Source: Geosiphon pyriformis uo1 (lineage: Eukaryota > Fungi > Glomeromycota). From it: 64,000 nt of DNA. The position numbers and the translations under genes are program-made. The notes under the pieces were generated by a model that saw only the letters and a program-made list of their open reading frames with translations, ran no database searches and was not told the origin of the DNA. Shown in pieces: positions 54,101 to 64,000 of this stretch (the first letter of the stretch is position 1; every line of letters begins with the position of its first letter). The stretch is from positions 1,072,459-1,136,458 of the forward strand of contig JAAOMT010000009.1 of NCBI GenBank assembly GCA_016748015.1. The letters are read 5' to 3'.

Positions 54101-54348
54101 ATGGATGCAAAATTGTGATTTGTTGGTAAGCTGGTGTTTTGTATTAATTCATGGTAAAAAGTTTCTCTCACTGATTTAATGTTTACTGGTGTCCCTAACA
54201 AATAGGCAATTCTCTCATTGACATAGAAATTGAAGGCTGATTCTACTGATATATAATTGTGATTTAATCCCAAGTGTTAACAGTAGTGTTAAAATAAGGA
54301 TTTTGTGAATCCTAAATAGTTTGCTCCTATACTTTCTGATTCTGCCAC
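48141..54348 (-). pseudogene. Element D gag-PR-Cys-rich-dUTPase-RT-RNase H polyprotein
   Basis: GTG at 54348; APIAKLNNFTG, LILDSGSAGS, dUTPase RSSLAKR/GGIINTEYIG/KIAQ, intact YLDD. A few homopolymer frameshifts. Confidence 0.93.
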
Positions 54349-54407
54349 TGTTGATTAGTTGTTGGTGCTGGTTCTCTGTAAAATTATACTTCACAGAGAG
54401 CACCAAA

Positions 54408-55281
54408 TGTTACAGATGATTATTTGGGGTCTTAAATCAAATAACAAATTCATAACTTGGTGTTCAATATCTTAACAAGACTGGTGACACTAGTACGTTG
54501 ATTGTATCTGAAGGTTTTAGAGTTGAGTTTTTTGTATAATAGACAGAAATTTAATTGATGGTTTTATCCATAGCTTTCCGAAACCGCAGTTTCGTCAAAT
54601 TTCTTTCTCAGCATAGTGGCTGGTAATCTTTCTGGTAAGCTATTCTCAAATCTATGAGTGTTCTACCCTTGTTTTACAGGTCTTTTACCAGTCCTTATGA
54701 CGTTTGTATCTCAGCACTTAATCTTTAATCAATTTTAGTAAAACCAAAGAAATAACAACAAAAATAAAAAAAAATAAAAAAAATAAAGAAAATAACAAAA
54801 AGCAATTACAAGTTAGTATTCCATCAATAGCCATGATCAAGAGCTATTGTTCCAGTGTTATTAAGTATCAATTATTATCAACATGAAGTGTTGATAGTAA
54901 AGAGTGGATTAAGATAGTAAATAATTATTTATTAATATTTGTGATTTGGAAAGTTGCTTAGATAAAATCTAAATAGAGAGGGTTTCTAACTAAGAATTCT
55001 TTCTTTTTTACTTCTAATACTACTGCTATATATACATAATTGAGATTCCTTAATTTCTCAATTTTTCACCTCAGGAATTCTGGGATTTCTGAAATTCTGC
55101 AATTTTTTTTGAGAAGAATCCTGGAATTCTGCAATTCTGCAATTCCTCATCCAGAGAATCCTGAAATTTCTGGAATCCTGCAATTCCTTTTGAGAGAAAT
55201 CCTGGAATTTTACATTTACTACAGCTACCTTTGATTGGCTATTTCATGTGCTAATATATTTCTTATATTCTATAAGTAACA
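54408..55281 (-). repeat. Element D 5' LTR (complete)
   Basis: TGTTACAG...GTAACA, adjacent to the PBS. Confidence 0.93.
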
Positions 55282-55996
55282 CCATAGCTTCCCAAAACTG
55301 CAGTTTCATCAAATTTTTTTCTCAGCGTGGTGGTCAGTAATCCTTCTGGTAAGCTATCCTTAAATCTATGAGTGTTCTACCCTTGTTTCATGGGTCTTTT
55401 ACCAGTCCTTATGACGTCTGTATCTCAGCACTTAATCCTTAATCAATTTTAGTAAAACCAAAGAAATAACAACAAAAATAAAAAAAAATAAAAAAAAATA
55501 AAGAAAATAACAAAAAGCAATTGCAAGTTAGTATTCCGTCAATAGCCATAATCAAGAGCTATTGCTCCAGTGTTATTAAGTATCAATTATTATCAACATG
55601 AAGTGTTGATAGTAAAAAGTGAATTGAGATAGTGAATAATCATTTATTAATATTTGTGATTTGGAAAGTTGCCTAGATAAAATCTAAATAGAGAGGGTTT
55701 CTAACTAAGGATTCTGCCTTTTCTACTTCTAATACTACTGCTATATATACATAATTGAGATTCCTTAATTCTTCGATTCTTTACCTCAGGAATTTTGGGA
55801 TTCTTAAAATCCTACAATTCCTTTTGAGAGAAATTCTGGAATTCTGCAATTCTGCAATTTCTCATCTGGAGAATTCTGAAATTCCTGGAATCCTGCAATT
55901 CTTCTTGAGAAGAATCCTGAAATTCCACATTTACTACAGCTATCTCTGATTGGTTATTTCATGTGCTAATATATTTTTTATATTCTATGAGTAACA
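55282..55996 (-). repeat. Partial tandem D-family LTR
   Basis: Starts at CCATAGC (equivalent to 54568), ends GTAACA and is followed by the outer TSD. Confidence 0.9.
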
Positions 55997-56116
55997 ATAG
56001 GTTACTATTAGATAAAGAAATATTGATAAAGTCTAAAAAACAAAAAAACTTCTTTTTACAGAAAATGTGCTTTTTGAGGATTATTGGAAATAAAAGAGAA
56101 AGAAGTTTTTTCTAAT

Positions 56117-57007
56117 TACAATATATATAACTTTGATTAATATTCTAATTAATATTTTTTTGACTATTACAACTTGATTTAATTATTTAACAGATTTTTT
56201 AAAATTAGTGTTTACTAAAATTTTTGCACTTTTAATCTTATCTAAAGCCAGTATTAAGCTTGATTTAAAAGTAAATATTATTTTAATAATTCTAATAAAT
56301 TTTAAAAAAGTAGCCATTTTTCTAAAACTATTAATTTTTAAAAATAATTTTTTAATAATTTTGAGTTTTTTTTGAGCTAAATTTTTTTTAACCACTTCTA
56401 AATTTAAATTCAAAGTAAATAATATTTTAACAGACATCTAAACCAAACACTTGAGTAAAAGAAACAAAATAATTAGATTTTTTTTTTCACTATTTTTGTT
56501 GAAAAAATTTATCTTGTTTAGAAACTTGTTTATTATTAACTTAATAATTACTTTTTTGTTTTTGGAAGTTATATTCATATTTTTTTTATTAGCTTTATTT
56601 TTGTTGTCATAGTTCATACTAATCTCTTTTATTATATATTTACTTTTTATATCTATACTTTCTGATTTAGTTATGTAGTTTGTTTTCAACTTTTTTTTCT
56701 TATTATTTATAAATTTTTTCCAAAAAACTATAAATTTAAAACCAATATTATTATTAGCTAAAACATTATTTTTGCATTTTTTTCTTGATAATATACTATT
56801 TCTGTTTAAGTTAATATTAATATTCTTAATTGTCTTTTTTATAATTACAATAATACTGTTATTAGCAATCTTATTGTTAAACACAAATGATTTAAAAGTA
56901 TTAAATTAAATAGTAAAAATAGATAACAAACAAGAAATAAAAACAAAAAACTTTTTTTAAAACACTGTTCTTTTAAAAATTTGGAATAAATGAGAGAAAA
57001 AAGTTTT
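56117..57007 (-). mobile_element. LINE2 segment 3 (5' part of ORF1 and 5' UTR)
   Basis: ORFs 56183..56437 and 56438..56884 are AT-shifted ORF1 homologs. The reading NQVVIVKKIL...KVI joins YTVLSKF at 38434. Candidate TSD TTAAATATAA at 9313-9322 and 57008-57017. Confidence 0.82.
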
Positions 57008-57237
57008 TTAAATATAATTAAAATATTATTATTACTTAAATAAAAAAACCTATAAAAAATAATAATATTAATTAATTAATTATATCTTAATATAATAATT
57101 ATAATAAACTTTTTTACTCTCATTGATCCCCTAACCACAATGAGAGCGAAAAATAATTTTGAAAAAATTGCTTTTCCTTTTCCCTCTCCCCTCAGCTCTT
57201 GTTAACTATTTCTTCTAACTTATCTTTATTTGTTGCG

Positions 57238-59179
57238 ATGGAACCGGTGGGCTTGTCTGCTGGTGGTTCTGGTTTGGATTCGGGCAGATTTGGGGACCTG
57301 CCAGAGTGCCAAAAACAAATGTGTTGATATGGTTTACATCCGTGGTGCGTCCTATAAGAAACCTAAGAAGCCTGCAGCTGGTGTTTCAGTTGTGTCATCC
57401 ACTGGTCCATTACATTTGGAAGACTTGGGTGGTGACGATAATAAGCCAACAGTGTCCTGGGGAAGCAGAGTGAATAGCGTTTCTAGCAGTGTGAGTGGTC
57501 TTTCAGATGTCGAGAATTTGGAAAACTTAATTGCTGAGGAGACAAGCTACGTTGATTCAGGTGAGGATGACAAAATGGATGAGACTATACTGTACAGAAC
57601 TCATACTCGGATGTATGTGTTGGAACAGTCTCTTAAGGCACCTCTATTTATTACTGTGGACAAAGACGATGACAATTCTGTGTTGCTGCCTCCTAAAGTC
57701 AATGGATCTAATCAGCTGCCTTCTTCTAGATCACGTGTTCTCGAGAGTCATAGTTTCAGGCCAGTGAAATCATTTGCTCTGGATGTGGATTTGTTAGCTG
57801 TTCCTGGCAGGACTAATGATGATAAGCTTATTACAATTAAAAAAGTTTTTTACAAAATTGATGGTTTTGGAAGAGTTTCAACTCCCTCAAAATTTCCTGG
57901 TGTTATTTATTCAACTTTCACAAGTAAGTCTAGTTTGATAAAGGCCAGAGAAATGGCATCTCATGAAAAAATTATTGTTAATGGTGATCTTAGGAAACCA
58001 AACATTCGTTCAGATTGGGAAGTGATCGTTAAGGAGATCCCAGTAGATCTTCCCAAATCAGCGATTGAGGCAGTGTTCTCCAAGTTTGGCAAGATCATTT
58101 CAATCAAAGTACAGCTTATTGGTCTTTGGCAAAAGGCCCTAGTAGAATATGAATTATCTGAGATAGCTGATTTGGTTGCAGATAAATGGTCTGTGTTCAT
58201 GGGAAAAGATTCTGTTCGCATGGCAAAGACAAGTGTTGATAGACATATGTGGGTATCTAGAGATCAGCATCAGACATTGCTTTACACTCTTCCAGTTGGC
58301 ACTACTGCCTATGATTTGTCTGGATTGGTGAAGGCTTATGATGGGAAAACTTGTTTTATTGGCCATAATCCGACTTCATATGTTCATGATCGGTGTGTTG
58401 TGATTTGTTTTGAATGTAAGGCATCTAAGTTGGCTGCTATTGGTTCGGTCCTGGTCTTTAAGGGTGTGAGTTTGTGTTGGACTGGTCTCTCTTTGGCCTG
58501 TTGTACAGTGTGTAAACAATTCAGTCATGTTTCTGATATTTGTTCTATGAGTGGAAACTCTGGTGCTCGCAGTAAGTGGGTAATGACTTCTCAGAATTGG
58601 GCTCATCTGGCTAATGTGTATAAGAGGAAGCAGGCTCCTATTGCACACCCAGTTTTCTTTGGTGGCAAGATATGGGCCCAAGTTGCTGGTGGTTCCACCT
58701 TTCGTGTGGTCCCTTCTGGTCCTTCTGGTATTGGTGCAAATTTTGGTACAAGATCTGCCTCGGTAGAATCCTCTCCTTCTGATATCTCTGGTTTGTGCAA
58801 TCAGATGGTGTTTTTGGAATGCTCTTTAGAGCTTTTGACAGACTGAGTTTCTGCCATTGCAAAAAAACTGAGCTGTGTTGAAGTGGTGTCTTCAGTGTTT
58901 TCTCCTCTTGTCCCCCCTCCCATTGCATCTACTTCTCTGGCCTTATGCGCAGATTTAGATATGGCATTGGATGTTCTGTTGGCGACATCTCTTTCTTTCT
59001 GCCCAACTGTTGATGATACTAATCCTGATTTTGGTTCCAGCAGTTCGAAGGTTCTAACTGCCAAGGTTGGTGGTCTGAAGTCAAAGTTGATGGCTTTGGA
59101 TGCATTAGTTGGCTCGGTTTTGGCAAGATTGGATGTGTTGTGTTCTGGTTTGGGTTCCTCAGTTCTCTTGTCTTCTTAA
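57238..59179 (+). pseudogene. LINE4 ORF1
   Basis: KSFALDVDL, VIVKEIPVDLPKSAIEAVFSKFG (RRM-like), CTVCKQFSHVSDIC. Probable 1-bp indel near the start. Confidence 0.88.
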
Positions 59180-62100
59180 TGACTGGTCTGATTTGGAAGA
59201 TTGCTACGTGTAATGTTCAGGGCATGAATGTTCCTGTGAAATAGGAAGATATAGTTTGTTGGCACAAGGACATGGGCAATTTGGTTTCTATTTTCACTGA
59301 GTCGAAGTTGAAGAATAAGGTTTGCTCCTGGATCATTAACAAGTTTGATAGTGTTTGGGTGTTTATCTCTGGTTTGAATTCTGAATATCTGGGTGCTGAT
59401 GTGGCAGTTATCATGGACTCTTTTTTAGCAAGGCATGTGTGCAAGATTTCTGAGGTGCCTGGCCGGCTTCTGTCTGTTAGATTACTTTTCAAGAATAAGC
59501 ACTCAGTGTCAATTCTGGGGCTCTATGCTGGTGCTTTTTCAGTGATACGATTTTTTCAAGTTGATGAGATTAACTCTCTTATTGCAAAAGCTGTTAACGA
59601 GTCTTCTTTCATCATTCTCAGGAGTGATTTTAATGAAAACGGTACTCATAGGAGTGCAAGTTTCAAGAAATGCTTTGATTTGAGTCTGGTCAATTTTTTA
59701 GTTGGTAGCCCGGCTGCGAAAATGCCCACTTGGGAAAATTTTAGGGGTGTTAAAAAAACAATTGATTATGTGTTTGTCTCCCCAAATCTGGTCAATGCAA
59801 TAGTACATCGTGAGGTTTTGAATATCAGTGAGCATTTTGACATGGACCATCAGGCTGTCTCAGTGGCTTTGGATTTGGGTGGGCTTTTGGATATGCATTT
59901 GAATTTTCTTTGCTCTCATGCGAATAGAGATCATTGGAAGTTTGATGTTAAAAGTGCCAATAGAGCTAAGTAGTTGGAGTTCAAAGATGCTTCGGCTGCT
60001 AATGTTTCTATGTTTTCGGATGCTTTTGGTGTGACAGTGAGGTTTTCAGATATGAACGCTATGTGGAATATTGTTCACAAAATCATGGTTTTTTCAGTGG
60101 GTGGAGCATTTAAGAAAAAATGGTTCAAAGGTTTTGATAGTGTGTTTACCAAGTCTTCCTCTAGATTTCACAAGCTGGAACTGCTGGTTTTTAAGTTGGT
60201 TAAGGCTTCGCGTTTTGCTTTTAGTAATGGTTTTGCTTCTTTGTTAGAGGTGTGGCACAGATTGGACTTTTCTGGTGTATTAGTGGTTAAGTCTCTGTTT
60301 CTTTCAGATTCTAATTTTGATCTTATTCGTTCTGTACCGGCCAAAGCAAAAAAATCATACCGCTCTCTCAAATTTTTGGAATCCAAGCATACTAAGGAAT
60401 TCTCGATCAAGCAGGCTATTGGTAAGAGAATGGAAGATTTTGAGCTGAACAAGAGTCACACCATTTGAGGTGTTTTGGAGCGTTCTTTTCGCAAGGTGGT
60501 CCTGGATCATCTGGTTGTAGGAGATAAGTTAATTTTAGAGCCTGTCTTGGTTAAGTCTAAGGTGGATGAAATTATGGAGGGATGGACCAGAAAATGTGAG
60601 GTGGTGTCTGACTTATCTGAAGATTGGGTACACCAATATTGGCCTCTGGATTACATGTTCGATGGTGCTTTCTCTGATGTTATGTGTTCGATTAGTTTTA
60701 ATGAGTTGTCAGCTGTTGTTAAGGATCTTCCTGATGGAAAGGCAGCTGGTCTTTCTGGTATCTCCAATGAATTGTGGAAACATTGTGACAAATCTGTTTT
60801 AGATATGCTTTTGGTGCTCTTAAATTTTTGTTTGGTTGGTGAGTTGGTTCCTGGGCCTTGGAGAGAGGCCTGAGTTTCGATGATTCCTAAATCATATGAA
60901 TGGGAGGGAGTTCTCATGAACACCCATCCTATAGCTTTAATTGAAATGGCCTGCAAAATTCTCTCCAAGATTCTTTCAGATAGAATCTCTTTAGCTTACA
61001 GCACTTTTGATGTCCTTTGTGGGGACAATTTTTCAGTGTTAAAAGGTATGATGACGCAATCTCTCATTTTTGCTATTGTTTCTGTGATTGAGAATGCTTT
61101 GGAGAAGAACCATGAGCTTTGGCTGGTTTTACAAGACATGTACAAGGCTTATGACTTGGTTGGTTGAGAACATCTTAGGAGGAGTCTGGTCAGAATCAAA
61201 ATATGTGACAGGTTTATTAAATTTTTTGGCAGTATTCACAATGGTCGCGTCAACAGAGTGATGACTGACTTTGGCTTAACTGATGGGTATTGTGTCTATG
61301 ATGGACTGGACCAGGGAGAAGTTTTCTCACCTCTTTTCTGGCATATTTTTTATGATTCACTTTTGTGCAAGGTCAAGAGACAGGATGGTGTGTATGGCTA
61401 CAGGTTGAATTCTCATTTTATTTCCAGAACTGGCCGAGTAGATCCTTGAGCTGGGCTGACTTTGTTTTTCACTACTGGTGCTTTTGTCGATGATACTATT
61501 TGGATTGGTAGCAGCCAGGCTGCTACACAACACATCCTTGATGTTGCTAGTGAATTTTTCAGGTTCAATGACATTTCTGTAAATAACGACAAGACAGTAA
61601 CCATCTTTATCAACTGTTGGGTGGTGAACCCTTGTTTAACTATCAGTGGCGCGCCTATTTCCATCGCCAAAAAAGAGAAATTTCATCGCTATCTGGGTAT
61701 TTTTTTGTCTTTTGAGGGTCTTTTGAAGCCTAGCTTGGCTAAAGCTCAGACGGATGTACGGTTTTTTGTGAATCTTGTTTTGAGAAAGGCGGTCTCAGAC
61801 AAACAATGTGCATATTTGGTGTCTACAGTTCTTTTCCCTATCATCAGCTACAGGACTCAGTTCAGTTTCGTTTTTATTGGTGTTTGTAGTAAATGGGATG
61901 CTTTGGTACACAAGATCTTGAAATCTAAGTCTGGGTTGCCGTGTGATTTCTCCAGTGATGCACTTCACCACCCCTTTTTGTACAATTTAAAGACTTTCAA
62001 ACAAATCCAAGCTAAGAGTAAATTAGCCTCCGTTGTTGCTTTTGCGAATTCTGCTGGTGTCTTGGGTTGCTTGTTTTCTCATAGATCTCATGACCTTTAG

Positions 62101-63867
62101 GTTCTTAGCTGGTGTTCTCATCATCCCCTGCTGTTTCTAGCTCACATTGGTGTCAGTCCCTCAAATAATTTTTTGGCAGGTGTGGTTCACATCTTTTCTG
62201 GGTATGATTTGTCTTTGGGTGGCTTTCTGACTTGTGTTTTTCACCATCGGAGTGGTACTCCTATGTCTCTGGTTCTCAGTAAGCAATATTTTTTCAAGTG
62301 TGTCTTCTCACTCAGGCGTTATGAAATTGCTTTTGTGGACCAGCTTCAAGACTGTAATAGGGATGTTTTCAGTTGGAGAACCTTCAAGCATTGGAAAAGG
62401 CTGGACCCTCATGGCCCAGTCCTCTTGTGGTTTGATCTTTTTGTTCGCTTTCTCGGTGGTGTTGTTCTTTCTTCTATTTGTTTCTTCTCTGTGGAAGATC
62501 ATGCTGATTCTGATGTTCATTTGTCTCATGGTTTTGGTGTGATTTGCAACACTCTGATGACCGTCGATGCTGCTCGCCTGTCTGTGTATATGGATGGGTC
62601 TCTAAGTGGTCTAGGCACTGTTGATGTAAAGACAAGTGCTGCCGTTTTCTTTGAGGACATTGACTTGGGTTTGGGTGTTGGGGTGTCTGGTTTGGTTTCT
62701 TCTACTCTGGTGGAATTGCAGGCAATGACTTTGGCTCTTGAGTGTGTTTCTGCTTTTCATTTGGTTGACTTGTTTTCAGACAGTTAGGCTGCTATGGATG
62801 CATGCAAGTTGGAGTCTTTGTTGGTCCATTTGGATTTCAGGAATCGGTGTTGGATTGAGTGCCATCACATAGCTAATGTCATTCGTCATAAGAATTTAGA
62901 GGTGAATTGGATTAAGGTTAGAGGTCATTCAGGCATTTTAGGCAATGAATGTGCTGATGCTCTTGCCAAAAAGGCCACTTTTTCTGCTTAGCGCCTGTCT
63001 TATTTGATCGGTGAACGTTTTCTGAGAGCAGGTAGTACTGTGGTCTCTGGTAATTCTAGACGCTTTGTTCACAATATTTTCTGTTCGGTTCATCATGCTC
63101 ACTGGGAGATTGGGTCTGGCTCTCGGGTTGTGGTAGATGATTTGCATGCTGATATTAATTGGTTTAAGTCATCTTTGGTGTGGCACCCTGATTCTCACTT
63201 GGCTGCTGGTTTCACTAATATGTGTATGGCTGGCTATCGGACTTATTTTATAAAGGCCCTTTATTGTTGGCTTCCAGTTGCTGTGTGGAAGTGCTTGTAC
63301 AATAAGAGGTATCCCAGTATAGTGTGTTTGTATTGTGGTGATGTTGAGATTTCGGATCATGTATTTTCTTGTTCCCATGATGCCACTGGTCATGTCCAAT
63401 TGTTGGACATTCATGCTTCGGCTTGGGAGGCTCTTTCTGGTCTGTCCCGGTCTTCTTTGTGTGTCTTGCAGCTGTTAGCTTCCTATAGTTCCAAGATTAG
63501 AGTTGGTGTCGCTCTGCTTAAGGGCTTTGTTTTCAATAATTAGTATTATGAATCTGTCTTGGTTTTTAAGGACTCTGAGGTTGGGGCTAGGGAAATTGTG
63601 AATTTTGTGCATGAGCTCTGTCTAGCATTTCAGGATGACTTTTGGTTGGTCCACGCCAGACACCGAGTGTTTATGAAAAAGCATGGTTTAATTCTGCATG
63701 ACGGCTTCACTCCTGCTTCAGCTTTCAGTTTGCCTATGGTGTTTTCAGCTGGTGTAGTTAGATTGCTGGGTGTGGCTGAGGCTATTGGAGTTGGTTTCAG
63801 GTTTCGTAAGTTTTGTTCTATTTTTTCGGGTATTGGAGATTTGGTTTCTATGCATATAGGTGTATAG
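59179..63867 (+). pseudogene. LINE4 ORF2: APE-RT-RNase H-CCHC
   Basis: Single frame of 1563 codons. ATCNVQG, IDYVFVS, GAFVDDTIW, VYMDGSL, KVRGHSGILGNECAD, CLYC..HVFSC. Confidence 0.95.
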
Positions 63868-64000
63868 TGTAGTCCTGACTGGCCCGAGTGGCTAGTCATG
63901 TATAGAAAGCGCATAATTCACACCTAGGTTAGAACATTTATATGATGTATAGTACTAGGTTGTATTTGGACCTCACTCGTTAAAAAAAAAAAAAAAATTA

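Larger units (their letters stand above)
45147..55996 (-). mobile_element. Ty3/gypsy LTR retrotransposon D (dUTPase-bearing) with an extra partial LTR
   Basis: LTRs, PBS 54389-54405, PPT 45988-46003. TSD ATGG (45143-45146) / ATAG (55997-56000). Confidence 0.95.
38435..56116 (-). mobile_element. LINE3: full-length LINE inserted in ORF1 of LINE2; 5' UTR interrupted by element D
   Basis: Poly(T) at 38435-38443. TSD TACAGTATATA (38424-38434) / TACAATATATA (56117-56127). Remaining 5' UTR at 55997-56116. Confidence 0.92.
57107..63997 (+). mobile_element. LINE4: full-length LINE, least AT-shifted copy
   Basis: 5' motif AACTTTTTTACTCTCATT, two long frames, 3' UTR and poly(A) at 63982-63997. The right TSD lies outside the window. 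Confidence 0.95.

Noticed and set aside
63866-63981. Hammerhead, twister or HDV ribozyme in the LINE 3' UTR
   Set aside because: The catalytic core motifs could not be fitted by eye. It is reported only as a structured element.

Overview
AT-rich eukaryotic DNA, most likely fungal; a Glomeromycotina/Mucoromycota-type host is only my impression from the protein sequences. No host genes, RNA genes or CRISPR arrays were found. The window is almost entirely a nested retrotransposon stack inactivated by C>T/G>A transitions. It holds five copies of a LINE superfamily (ORF1: RRM-like + CCHC; ORF2: APE-RT-RNase H-CCHC) and four Ty3/gypsy LTR elements, here called A-D. Target-site duplications give the nesting order. 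Old LINE2 (9323-57007, minus) was invaded by A, A by B, and B by C. LINE2 was also invaded by LINE3, LINE3 by D, and D's LTR apparently by a sister copy. The most notable content is the LTR lineage (B, C, D). It has an apparently GUG-initiated gag-protease-(CxxC-rich domain)-dUTPase-RT-RNase H ORF, an integrase apparently encoded in its own ORF, and a conserved ~210-240 aa ORF of unknown function before the PPT. It also has a long structured U5 ending in a hairpin that pairs with the PBS, and 4-bp target sites that all read CC(A/G)(T/G). The LINEs share a conserved 5' module, an ORF1/ORF2 stop-start overlap and a conserved multi-stem, putatively pseudoknotted 3' UTR.
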